This document shows, piece after piece, positions 28,730 to 37,682 of a stretch of DNA of 64,000 nucleotides (position 1 is its first letter; the number at the start of each line of letters is the position of its first letter). The stretch is taken from the NCBI GenBank assembly GCA_965203805.1, contig OZ241917.1, positions 768,001 to 832,000 of the forward strand, given 5' to 3'. The translations under genes and the position numbers were made by a program. Source of the DNA: Candidatus Latescibacterota bacterium (GTDB lineage Bacteria > Latescibacterota > UBA2968 > GCA-2709665). The notes under the pieces were generated by a model. That model did no database searches. It was not told the DNA's origin and was given only the letters and a program-made list of their open reading frames with translations.

Positions 28730-30985
28730 GTGTCCAATCCTCGTTTCGAGAGACTGTCGCCCGTCCCCGGCCTCGGGCTGGAGGGCTACGCCGACGAGAT
28801 GACGATCCCGGCCGGAGCGGAAATCGCGTTCAAGCTGGGCGGACCGCCAGGTGAGGTGGACGTGAACGTCGCGAGACTGATTCACGGAGACCCCGATTCC
28901 CGCGGACCGGGTTACAGGGAAGAACGTGTCTCGTGGGGGCAGCCGGATCGGGTTGCGGTAGAGGAACGGGCCACGGATTACGGATCGTTTGTCGAGATTC
29001 CACACGCCGCAACCCTGAATCCGGCAGACGCGTTTACCCTGGCGCTCTGGTTTCTGCCGACGCTGGGCGGCGGGGGATGGCGCGCCCTTATGGTGAAGTG
29101 GGCGCGCGAAAATCTGTGCTACGGGATTTTCTTCGCCGGCGAGCGTTTTCTGACCGCTGCCGTGTCTCAGGACGGGAGGAAGACGCACTGGGCAACGGCC
29201 AGAGAGAACATCCATATTGGCAACTGGCAGTTCGCGGCGTTCTCGTACCGCCCGGAACCGGGTGAAATTCGTCTGTACCAGCTGATCGGGGACACCGCGG
29301 GTGTGGTCGAAACCCGTTCGTCTTCCGATGCGCTGAGTTGCATATCGAAGAAAACCGGAACAGGCCCGGTCTTCGCGGGAACCGCGCCGCTGGTGTTCGG
29401 CGCCTGTCCGGACCCAGACCGGAAAGGCAGCCACTGGGCGCATTTTACGGGAAAGATAGGACACCCGGTGCTTTTTGGTACCGCTCTGGATCGGGAGGCG
29501 ATCCATGCCCTCGCGGGGGGACAGGACCCCTCATCCCTCGGCCCGCTGCTGGGTTGCTGGCATCTGGGCGAGGAGGTGACCGGCGCCCGCGTCGTCGATC
29601 TTTCCGGAAACGAGAATCACGGGCACGCCGTAAATGCGCCGGGGCGTGCGGTTACGGGCCCGTTCTGGCGGGGAATGCCATCCCGGCTCTATACCGATCG
29701 GCCCGGGGATTACAACGCGATCTATCTGCACGAAGACGACCTGGAAGACGCAGGATGGCCGACTTCCTTCCTGGCCGAAGTTCCCGCCGACGCCAGGTCA
29801 GGCATCTATACGCTCCGCGCCGAGACGGGTGCGGACACACTCTTCGTTCCGTTCATCGTGACGTCGAAGAAACCGCTGTCGGAACTGGCATGCCTGATCC
29901 CCACGCTTACGTGGCAGGCCTACGGAAGCAACCGCGCGGCGTACAGTTTTACGGAAGACGGGGTGCTGGACCGCACCCTGTGCACCTACGACGTTCACAG
30001 CGACGGGTCGATGGTAACCTATTATTCGCGACTGCAGCCCACGCGGGGCTGGAACCCCGGTGCGGGCTTCCAGAACTGGGGCGCGCACAATATCACCGCG
30101 AATCTCTACCTGATTGACTGGCTGGAAGCGCTTGACTTCGAATACGAAGTCTTTGCGGACGAAGACCTGCATCGCGGCGGCGCCGGGCTCCTCTCGAAAT
30201 ATCGGTGTGTAATTCTGGGCAGCCACCCCGAATACCACACTGAAACCATGGTGGACAGCCTAGCCGCGTACGTGCGAAACGGGGGCCGCCTCGTCTATCT
30301 GAGCGGCAATGGCCTGTACTGGGTGATGTCCATCGACTCCCGCCGTCCGCACCTGATCGAACTTCGCCGGGGAGGAGAAGGCGACTACGGCCCCACGTAC
30401 GATCCCCCACCGGGTGAATCCCAGCACAGCACGACGCTCGAACTGGGGGGCCTGTGGGCAAGGCGCGGGCGTCCGCCCCGCAGGACGGTCGGCGTCGAAC
30501 ATGCGTCCAATTCCTGGATAGAAGCCGGAGAAAAAAGGGGATTCCGTCGCCTGCCGTCGAGCAAAGACGCCAGGTACGCGTGGATTTTCAACGGCGTCGG
30601 TGACGATGAGGCCATCGGAGACTTCGGCCTGAATCTGGGCAGCGCGGCCGGATTTGAAATGGATGCCGTGCAGTCCTGGGCATGGGACGAGTCCACACCC
30701 GAACCCGTGGTACTCGCACGGGCGGCGCATCCCGGATTCACCCCCGCCCGTCGCACGCACGTTCCGCCCACCGCGGACATGGCCATTATGGTATATCCGG
30801 GGGGAGGCGCGGTCTTTTCGGCGGGTTCCGTAACCTGGACCGGAAGCCTCTCCCACAATGATTATCGGAACAATGTTTCCGCCATCACCCGAAACGTGAT
30901 TCGCAGATTTCTGGAAGCGCCCGAAGGAGGCACGGTGCTCGAAGGCGCCGTTGATACATCACCGCCGGGCGCATCCTGGACATGA
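28730..30985 (+). CDS. N,N-dimethylformamidase beta-subunit family protein with a LamG-like insert
   Basis: LIHGDPD..GPG; EDDLEDAGW; TWQAY; TYDVHSDG; SHPEY; YLSGNGLYW; GFEMD; VFSAGSVTW. The likely start is GTG 28730; the longer ORF-track start lies inside the IS/MITE. Confidence 0.88.
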   Translation: MSNPRFERLSPVPGLGLEGYADEMTIPAGAEIAFKLGGPPGEVDVNVARLIHGDPDSRGPGYREERVSWGQPDRVAVEERATDYGSFVEIPHAATLNPADAFTLALWFLPTLGGGGWRALMVKWARENLCYGIFFAGERFLTAAVSQDGRKTHWATARENIHIGNWQFAAFSYRPEPGEIRLYQLIGDTAGVVETRSSSDALSCISKKTGTGPVFAGTAPLVFGACPDPDRKGSHWAHFTGKIGHPVLFGTALDREAIHALAGGQDPSSLGPLLGCWHLGEEVTGARVVDLSGNENHGHAVNAPGRAVTGPFWRGMPSRLYTDRPGDYNAIYLHEDDLEDAGWPTSFLAEVPADARSGIYTLRAETGADTLFVPFIVTSKKPLSELACLIPTLTWQAYGSNRAAYSFTEDGVLDRTLCTYDVHSDGSMVTYYSRLQPTRGWNPGAGFQNWGAHNITANLYLIDWLEALDFEYEVFADEDLHRGGAGLLSKYRCVILGSHPEYHTETMVDSLAAYVRNGGRLVYLSGNGLYWVMSIDSRRPHLIELRRGGEGDYGPTYDPPPGESQHSTTLELGGLWARRGRPPRRTVGVEHASNSWIEAGEKRGFRRLPSSKDARYAWIFNGVGDDEAIGDFGLNLGSAAGFEMDAVQSWAWDESTPEPVVLARAAHPGFTPARRTHVPPTADMAIMVYPGGGAVFSAGSVTWTGSLSHNDYRNNVSAITRNVIRRFLEAPEGGTVLEGAVDTSPPGASWT

Positions 30986-31016
30986 ATGGTGACGTCACAC
31001 GGGAGAGCACGATCCC

Positions 31017-32084
31017 ATGAAAGCCGTACATTCAGAAGCCCCCCGGGACCTGATGCAGCGCCTGGACGAAGACGGAGTCATATGCGCAGAGGGATATCTG
31101 TTTGAACTCGAGCGTCGAGGGTATCTGCAGGCGGGCCCTTTCGTGCCTGAAGTCGTGCTGGAGCATCCCGAGGTCGTCGCGGGGTTGCATCGGGAATTCT
31201 GGCGCGCGGGTTCGGACGTGATCGAGGCGTTTACCTATTACGGACACCGCGAAAAGCTGCGACTTATCGGCAAGGAACACCTTCTGGAACCCCTGCAGAA
31301 GCGCGCGCTGGCGATCGCGAAATCGGTAGCCGCCTCGGTCGACGGAGAACCCCCGCTGGTTGCCGGAAATATCTGCAATACCAACGTCTGGGATCCGGCC
31401 GATCGCGCGACCGACGCTCAGATTTCGGAGATGTTCGACGAACAGGTAGCCTGGGCGGCCGATGCCGGCGTCGATTTCATGATTGCCGAGACTTACTCCT
31501 TTTTCGGCGAGGCCGCACTGGCGTTGAAAGCCATCAAGCGCGCCGGCATGACGGCGGTGGTGACGTTTGCCCACCATCGGGAGAAAGGGCTGCGGGACGG
31601 CGTCCTGCTTGATGAGGCCGCAAAACGTCTGGAACAGGCCGGCGCCGAGGTGGTGGGGGTAAACTGCACCAGAGGGCCGCAGACGATGTTGCCCGACGTG
31701 GAACGCATTCGGCGTGCGGTATCCTGTCACGTGGCGGCATTGCCGGTGCCGTATCGAACCACTGAGGACCAGCCCACGTTTCAGGCGCTCCGGGAGGCGG
31801 GTTCCGAACCTCTTCCCGAGGGGCGTTCGTTTCCGACGGCTTTGGATCCCTTTACCTGCCACCGGTACGAAATGGCCGCGTTTGCTCGTCGGGCCTTCGA
31901 AATGGGTGTCCGGTACCTGGGTGTCTGCTGCGGGTCCGGACCCCATCACGTCCGATCCATCGCCGAAGAACTGGGGCGAACCCCGCCGGCCAGCCAATAC
32001 TCTCCCGATATGTCCAGGCACTACGCGCTGGGGAGCGACTCCAGCCTGAAGCGCCACAATCGGGCGTTTATCGAAAAGCTTTGA
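31017..32084 (+). CDS. Betaine-homocysteine S-methyltransferase-like protein
   Basis: ERRGYLQAGPFVPEVVLEHPE, FTYYGH, GVNC, LPVPYRT, GVCCG (Zn ligands), typical of the BHMT subgroup. Confidence 0.88.
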   Translation: MKAVHSEAPRDLMQRLDEDGVICAEGYLFELERRGYLQAGPFVPEVVLEHPEVVAGLHREFWRAGSDVIEAFTYYGHREKLRLIGKEHLLEPLQKRALAIAKSVAASVDGEPPLVAGNICNTNVWDPADRATDAQISEMFDEQVAWAADAGVDFMIAETYSFFGEAALALKAIKRAGMTAVVTFAHHREKGLRDGVLLDEAAKRLEQAGAEVVGVNCTRGPQTMLPDVERIRRAVSCHVAALPVPYRTTEDQPTFQALREAGSEPLPEGRSFPTALDPFTCHRYEMAAFARRAFEMGVRYLGVCCGSGPHHVRSIAEELGRTPPASQYSPDMSRHYALGSDSSLKRHNRAFIEKL

Positions 32085-32161
32085 GGCAACCCCGCGGCCG
32101 CGCCTGATCGTCAATTGTACGTTCGACCGGAAGTTGCCAGTGCCACGGAGCGTTCAAGCCG

Positions 32162-33766
32162 ATGCCATCCTGTGCGGAGGCCATTGCCGAATCCCTGCAC
32201 GAAGAAAAGGTCCGGTACGTTTTCGGTCATCCCGGCGGGGAGATCGTGGATCTGATCGACGCGCTGGAGAATGCCGGTATCCGATTCGTACTGACGGGGC
32301 ACGAGGCAGCGGCCGCCTTCATGGCCAGCGCGACGGGGCGGCTTACGGGGACGCCGGGCGTGTGCCTGGCGACGCTTGGACCGGGCGCATGCAATCTGGT
32401 GCTGGGCGTCGGCGCCGCCTATCTCGACCGGGATCCGATGCTGGCCGTTTCCGCGCGCAGCCCGGCATCGCGGGCCGGGGTCAGCCAGAAACAGAATCTG
32501 TCTCTTCACGAGGTGTTCGATCCCGTCTGCAAATGGTCCGTAGCCCTTGAAGAGAGCGGCGTTGAAGCCACCGTGCGGTCCGCTATGGGGCTTGCTGCTG
32601 CGGCGCCGGCCGGCCCGGTGTACCTCACGATTCCCAATGACGTCGCCGTGGCCGACGCGTCACCGGCCGGGGGGGTGCGTGCGCCCGAACGCCCGGAATG
32701 CGCGCGCGCCGGTGATCCCGATACAATCTTAAAGGCGCTGAATCGGGCGAAACGCCCCGTCGGCGTTGTCGGCGTCGCGTTGAACGTCCGGCAGGATTCC
32801 GCCGCAGTGCGTCGGTTTTTCGCAACGTCACGCATTCCGTATGTGGTCCTGCCGCAGGCCAAGGGCGTCGCGGACGAATTCAGCGCGGGATATCTGGGTA
32901 CGGTGGCGTCGGCCGCGGGAGACGCCGCCCTTGTGAAGCTGATCCGGAGAAGCGATTGCCTGCTGGGCGTGGGCTTCGACCCCGTCGAGTCGGCCCAGGA
33001 ATGGCATCTGCGCCAACCGGTCTACTCCGTGGCCAACGCCCCGATTGCCTTCGGCGACTTCGCGCCGGAGCGCGAGTGCGTGGGCGACGTCACAACCCTG
33101 CTCAACCGGCTGCTGGAGGGGTATGACGGACGACCGACCTGGACGGCGGATGATATCCGCGAATCCCGGAACGCGGTCGCGCATGCGATCTGTCCCGGCG
33201 CGGGCGCCACACCCAGAGGCGCATCCCCTTACCATCTGCTGCGTGAACTGTACGAGACGATGCCCGGGGAGACGATTCTGTCGGTGGACGTCGGCGCTCA
33301 CAAGATGCTGATTTCGCAGGTGTGGCGGGCGCGTTCCCCGGGGACGTTTCTAACGTCAAACGGCCTGTCCGCGATGGGCTACGGACTGCCGTCGGCACTG
33401 GCGGCGGCGCTGATCCGGCCGGGCCGGCCGGTGGCGGGCGTGTTTGGCGACGCCGGATTCGCGATGATGGTCCAGGAGTTGGAAACGGCGCGCAGGCTGG
33501 ATGTGCGCCCGTTACTGGTGGTGCTGTGCGACCGGTCTCTGGCCATCGTCAAGGTCGCGCAGGCCATGCGCCGCATTCCCTTCAGGGGCGTCGACTTCCA
33601 ACCGGTGGACTGGGCGAGGGTCGCCGACGGCTTCGGCGCCAGAGGCGTAAACGTGACGAGCCCGGAGGAAATGCGAAGGGCGGGGGAGGAGTGGCTGGCA
33701 AAGCCGGAACTGACGGTTGTGGCCGCCCGCGTGGACGAGGGATTATACACCGCGATGGAATATTAA
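32162..33766 (+). CDS. ThDP-dependent enzyme, acetolactate synthase-like
   Basis: FGHPGG, HEAAAAFMA, TLGPG, SAMGYGLP, GDAGFAM. Confidence 0.9.
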   Translation: MPSCAEAIAESLHEEKVRYVFGHPGGEIVDLIDALENAGIRFVLTGHEAAAAFMASATGRLTGTPGVCLATLGPGACNLVLGVGAAYLDRDPMLAVSARSPASRAGVSQKQNLSLHEVFDPVCKWSVALEESGVEATVRSAMGLAAAAPAGPVYLTIPNDVAVADASPAGGVRAPERPECARAGDPDTILKALNRAKRPVGVVGVALNVRQDSAAVRRFFATSRIPYVVLPQAKGVADEFSAGYLGTVASAAGDAALVKLIRRSDCLLGVGFDPVESAQEWHLRQPVYSVANAPIAFGDFAPERECVGDVTTLLNRLLEGYDGRPTWTADDIRESRNAVAHAICPGAGATPRGASPYHLLRELYETMPGETILSVDVGAHKMLISQVWRARSPGTFLTSNGLSAMGYGLPSALAAALIRPGRPVAGVFGDAGFAMMVQELETARRLDVRPLLVVLCDRSLAIVKVAQAMRRIPFRGVDFQPVDWARVADGFGARGVNVTSPEEMRRAGEEWLAKPELTVVAARVDEGLYTAMEY

Positions 33767-34016
33767 TCGGGATACGTCGTTTTTCGGGAATGTTAAACCG
33801 AATATATGCAAGTTAATAGAGGCGATTTGACGTCGGATTTCCAGGAACCTTCAGGTCACTGGACGTGATCGGAAATGGTGTCCTTCCGGACGACCTTTTC
33901 GGCCCGTTTCGGAAGTTTTCGTCGCGGCGGCACGTTGCTGTTTCTGTGGAATTAAGGGCTACGTCAGGCGGCGTTTTCGGCCCCGGACGAACCAGGATGT
34001 GAACGGGAGGCAACCC

Positions 34017-35354
34017 ATGGGTGTACCCGAACACACGACATATCTCATTATAGGCGCGGGTGTGCACGGTTTGAGCACCGGCTATCACCTGGCGCGGGAA
34101 TTGAAAAGGCGGCGCAGAGGCGGCGGAGCCGAGGTGCTGATCGTAGACAAGACGGGGGTGGCCGCGGGCGCTTCCGGCATCGCCTGCGGCGTGATCCGCA
34201 ACAACTACTTCCAGCCGGCCATGCGCGAACTGATGGCGCACAGCGTCGATATATGGGAGTCCGATCCGGAAGCGTTCAGTTACCACCCGGTCGGCTACAT
34301 GCAGATCAGCCCCGAGTCCATGCACGAGGACGTCGCCGGCATCGCGCAGCAGCAGCGCGAGATCGGTTACGAATCGGAGTTTATAGAAGGCGGCGCAGAC
34401 TGTCAGAAATATATGAGGGGTCTCTTTCACGACTGGCAGGCGAAGGGCGTCACGTCCGTACTTCACGAGAAGAGAGGGGGTTACGCGAACAATCGTGCGT
34501 CGATGACGGGCCTGGCCGCAAAGGCCGAAACCGAAGGCGTCAGGATTCTGGAAGGCGTCCAGGTGACCGGATTCCGGTTCGGCGGAGGGACGATTTCCGC
34601 GGTGGAAACGGATTGCGGCGTGGTCCGGGCAGACGAGATCGTCATCGCCGTGGGGCCATGGACAAAACTGCTCTGGGACATGCTGGATCTGCCCGGATCG
34701 GTGAGCATCAAGGGCGCGGACGGGGCCCTTCACCACAAGATCCCGATGTGGAGCTACTGGTGTCTGCAGGAAGGCACATTGGGCGTAGACCCCCACTATC
34801 TCAAGACCAACGACGGGAGGATGCCGCCCGTAATCCATCTGGACACGGACGCGCCGCTGCATTCAGATGTCGACGGTTCGCTGATTACGGACCGCGAATG
34901 GGGCATCTACTACAAACCGGATTTCCATTTCGGGGGAGTACAGGGGGGGGCAATGCCCTACCGCGTTGAGAAACCGGCTGACGAGGTGGCGGTGGATCCC
35001 TACGGCCCGGAATCCCCCGATTTCATCGTAGGCGACCGGTTTGCGCATCAGTGGTGTTCCGCCCTGGCATTTTGCCATAAACGGTTTGAAGGAAAGTCCA
35101 CGCTCTTCAAGAAAGAACCATCCGGCGGCATCGGCGCGTTCACACCCGACAGTTTCCCGGTGTTCGACCGGTTTCACGGGAACGGCTATATAATCGCGGA
35201 TTCCAACCACGGGTACAAGATGATCGGCGTCGGCAGGCTGGTCGCCGAGGAACTCGTGGGCGGACGCTCCCGCCTCCTGGAGCCGTTCCGCTTCTCACGT
35301 TACGCCGAGGGCAGGCTGCATCCGGTTTCCAGCAGCCCGTTTCCCTGGAGCTGA
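34017..35354 (+). CDS. FAD-dependent oxidoreductase (DAO family, sarcosine oxidase beta-like)
   Basis: IIGAGVHG, GASGIACG, FTPDSFP, HGYKMIG; GGGAGG RBS before ATG 34017. Confidence 0.88.
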   Translation: MGVPEHTTYLIIGAGVHGLSTGYHLARELKRRRRGGGAEVLIVDKTGVAAGASGIACGVIRNNYFQPAMRELMAHSVDIWESDPEAFSYHPVGYMQISPESMHEDVAGIAQQQREIGYESEFIEGGADCQKYMRGLFHDWQAKGVTSVLHEKRGGYANNRASMTGLAAKAETEGVRILEGVQVTGFRFGGGTISAVETDCGVVRADEIVIAVGPWTKLLWDMLDLPGSVSIKGADGALHHKIPMWSYWCLQEGTLGVDPHYLKTNDGRMPPVIHLDTDAPLHSDVDGSLITDREWGIYYKPDFHFGGVQGGAMPYRVEKPADEVAVDPYGPESPDFIVGDRFAHQWCSALAFCHKRFEGKSTLFKKEPSGGIGAFTPDSFPVFDRFHGNGYIIADSNHGYKMIGVGRLVAEELVGGRSRLLEPFRFSRYAEGRLHPVSSSPFPWS

Positions 35355-35424
35355 CCACCGACCGCGTGGGTGCCGGAAGGAAGTCCCGGGATACAGTCCG
35401 GGAACGCAGACGGAGCATGCACCG

Positions 35425-36672
35425 ATGGTAGAACCCGACGTCCGGCGGCACATGCGGGTCCGGCATACGGACTGGGGCGACGCTGTGCGCATCGATCTCA
35501 ACCAACTCGGCGCGCGGCTGCCCGCGCAGGGGGCGCCCGGCGCGACATGGTCGGAAGCAACCGGCGAGTCGTTGCTGGACGAATGGGCCGAAGCCCAGAA
35601 CGAAGCGCTGTGCGACACGATGGCGGACGTCGCCGCCTGCTCCGGAGGAGGCTTCGATTCGTTCGCTGAGTGGACGGTGCTGCACAACAGGCGGTACGAC
35701 GGCGCCCACATGCGCGAATTGCGGCGGAGACGGTTCCCCCAGGGCTACCGTGCCGCGATCACGACGCTCGGATGGGCGCATCCGGGAACCCCCCTTTCCA
35801 TGTCCATTCAGGCCGTGGCTTACGTGCCGAAAACCGGTGCTGGTTTCAAACAGGCCGTGTGGCGGCCTGAGTCGCTTTACGATACCGAATTCATGGCGCT
35901 CGCGCCCGCCGTGGTGACGGATTTCGGGGGAGGCCGGCAGATCCATCTGTCGGGCGTTGTCGCGTGGGACGAGCGGATTAATCCGCTCTTCGAAGGGCAG
36001 CCGGAGCGTCAGATCTCCCACGTATTCGACCTCATCCAGGACGTTTTCAGCGAATGCGGCGGATCCCTGGGGGACGTTGTGAGGCTGCGTCCATTCGCCC
36101 ACTCTTCGGAGATCGCGCGGATCATCCGGGCGGAAGTCAGCCGCCGGTGGGGGGGGCGTCCGAAGCCCGTGGTCATGATGTCGGACAGCCGGCATTTTGG
36201 CGACCCGCCCAGCCTGTATGCGGAAATACAGGTTCTGGGCGTGATGTCGGACGGCCAGTGTGGAGTACGACACCGGGAAGCGGAACTCCCCCGCGGGACG
36301 ATTGACGAAGACGCAACCCGCATCCGCTGCAGCCGCGCGCGTGAATGGGAAATGGTCCATGTGGGTGAATTACGCGGGCGCCCTGCCTCCGGTTGGAAGC
36401 GGGAGGCGGAGCAGGTCGCCGGGCAGATCAGCTCGGTTCTCGAACGGATGTCGCTCACACCGGACGACGTCTGTCTGACACTTGCCTATGTGAGTTCACC
36501 CGAAGCCGCCGCGGCCTTCCCGGAAACGGTGACCGGGGCGGTACCTGTAGAAACCGTGCACGTGCTGCCGTGTCCGGCAATGCCCGAATTGGACGGCCGC
36601 TGCATCAAGGTGGAGATGACGGCCCGAAGACGTCTGGATCCGGCCTCCCGGTCGCGCGCCGGGCCCGCCTGA
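35425..36672 (+). CDS. Multi-domain RidA/YjgF-like protein
   Basis: Central IHLSGVVAWD...QISHVFDLIQDVFSECGGSLGDVV...AEIQ; degenerate flanking copies. Confidence 0.6.
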   Translation: MVEPDVRRHMRVRHTDWGDAVRIDLNQLGARLPAQGAPGATWSEATGESLLDEWAEAQNEALCDTMADVAACSGGGFDSFAEWTVLHNRRYDGAHMRELRRRRFPQGYRAAITTLGWAHPGTPLSMSIQAVAYVPKTGAGFKQAVWRPESLYDTEFMALAPAVVTDFGGGRQIHLSGVVAWDERINPLFEGQPERQISHVFDLIQDVFSECGGSLGDVVRLRPFAHSSEIARIIRAEVSRRWGGRPKPVVMMSDSRHFGDPPSLYAEIQVLGVMSDGQCGVRHREAELPRGTIDEDATRIRCSRAREWEMVHVGELRGRPASGWKREAEQVAGQISSVLERMSLTPDDVCLTLAYVSSPEAAAAFPETVTGAVPVETVHVLPCPAMPELDGRCIKVEMTARRRLDPASRSRAGPA

Positions 36673-36788
36673 CGGGATGGCCGGTGAATGGTCGTTCTGC
36701 GCATGTTGCACGCGGGCCCTCGCGGGAACGATTCTCACCGCAGAAATGTCTAATGCATAGAGCGCAGTTTTTCATGATGGGGCTGGAA

Positions 36789-37679
36789 ATGCGTATATCG
36801 GCAACGGGATTGACAAAAGTCTATCCGAAGGGGACCGTACCCGCGCTGGACAACGTCGACCTGGAAGTCGGACGGGGGACGTTCGGTCTGTTGGGCCCGA
36901 ACGGTGCGGGAAAAACCACGCTGATCAAGGTTCTTTCAACACAGATGGCGCCAACGGCCGGTCACGTCAGGATCGGCGCCTGGGACCTGCAGAGAAACCG
37001 TTCCGAAGTGCGGCGGCGGCTGGGTTACCTTCCCCAGCACTTCGGAGCATATCCGCAACTGACGGCGTGGGAGTTTCTGGACTATATGGACCGGCTGGCA
37101 GCCGGGCGACGTCGGACCGGGCGGAGGGCGCGGGTGCGCGATGCGCTTGAAAACGTGGGGCTGTACGACGCGCGGGACCGACGGACCGGCGCCTTTTCCG
37201 GTGGAATGATGCGACGCCTCGGGATTGCTCAGGCCATTGTCGGCGATCCGGAAATCCTGATTGTGGACGAGCCCACCGTGGGTCTCGATCCGGAAGAACG
37301 CATCCGTTTTCGTGGGATTCTCGCGCGGCTGAGTCGGGACAGGACGATCCTGATTTCCACTCATATCGTAGGCGATATTTCGAGCACCTGCGATGACCTG
37401 GCGGTGCTGAATGAAGGGCGGATTATCTACAGGGGATCGCCCGATGCCCTGGTCGCTCGCGCGAATGACAAGACCTGGCGGGTACAGGCGGACGACGCGG
37501 AGTTCGACACGATATCCCGGCGATTTCTTGTTGTGACGGTCGCAGTGGACGGCGGACGAATGGACCTCCGGTTCGTGGGCGACGGCCAGCCGCCCGCCCA
37601 CGCCGAACCGGTACCGCCAAACCTCGAAGACGCATACGTGTATTTTATGGGCAGGGAGAGTCAGGAAAAGGCAGCCTAG
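36789..37679 (+). CDS. ABC transporter ATP-binding protein
   Basis: [35 protein letters not shown]. Confidence 0.95.
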   Translation: MRISATGLTKVYPKGTVPALDNVDLEVGRGTFGLLGPNGAGKTTLIKVLSTQMAPTAGHVRIGAWDLQRNRSEVRRRLGYLPQHFGAYPQLTAWEFLDYMDRLAAGRRRTGRRARVRDALENVGLYDARDRRTGAFSGGMMRRLGIAQAIVGDPEILIVDEPTVGLDPEERIRFRGILARLSRDRTILISTHIVGDISSTCDDLAVLNEGRIIYRGSPDALVARANDKTWRVQADDAEFDTISRRFLVVTVAVDGGRMDLRFVGDGQPPAHAEPVPPNLEDAYVYFMGRESQEKAA

Positions 37680-37682
37680 GCC

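Noticed and set aside
36393-36788. Long N-terminus of the ABC ATPase
   Set aside because: It overlaps the upstream gene; the NBD begins at MRISATGL.
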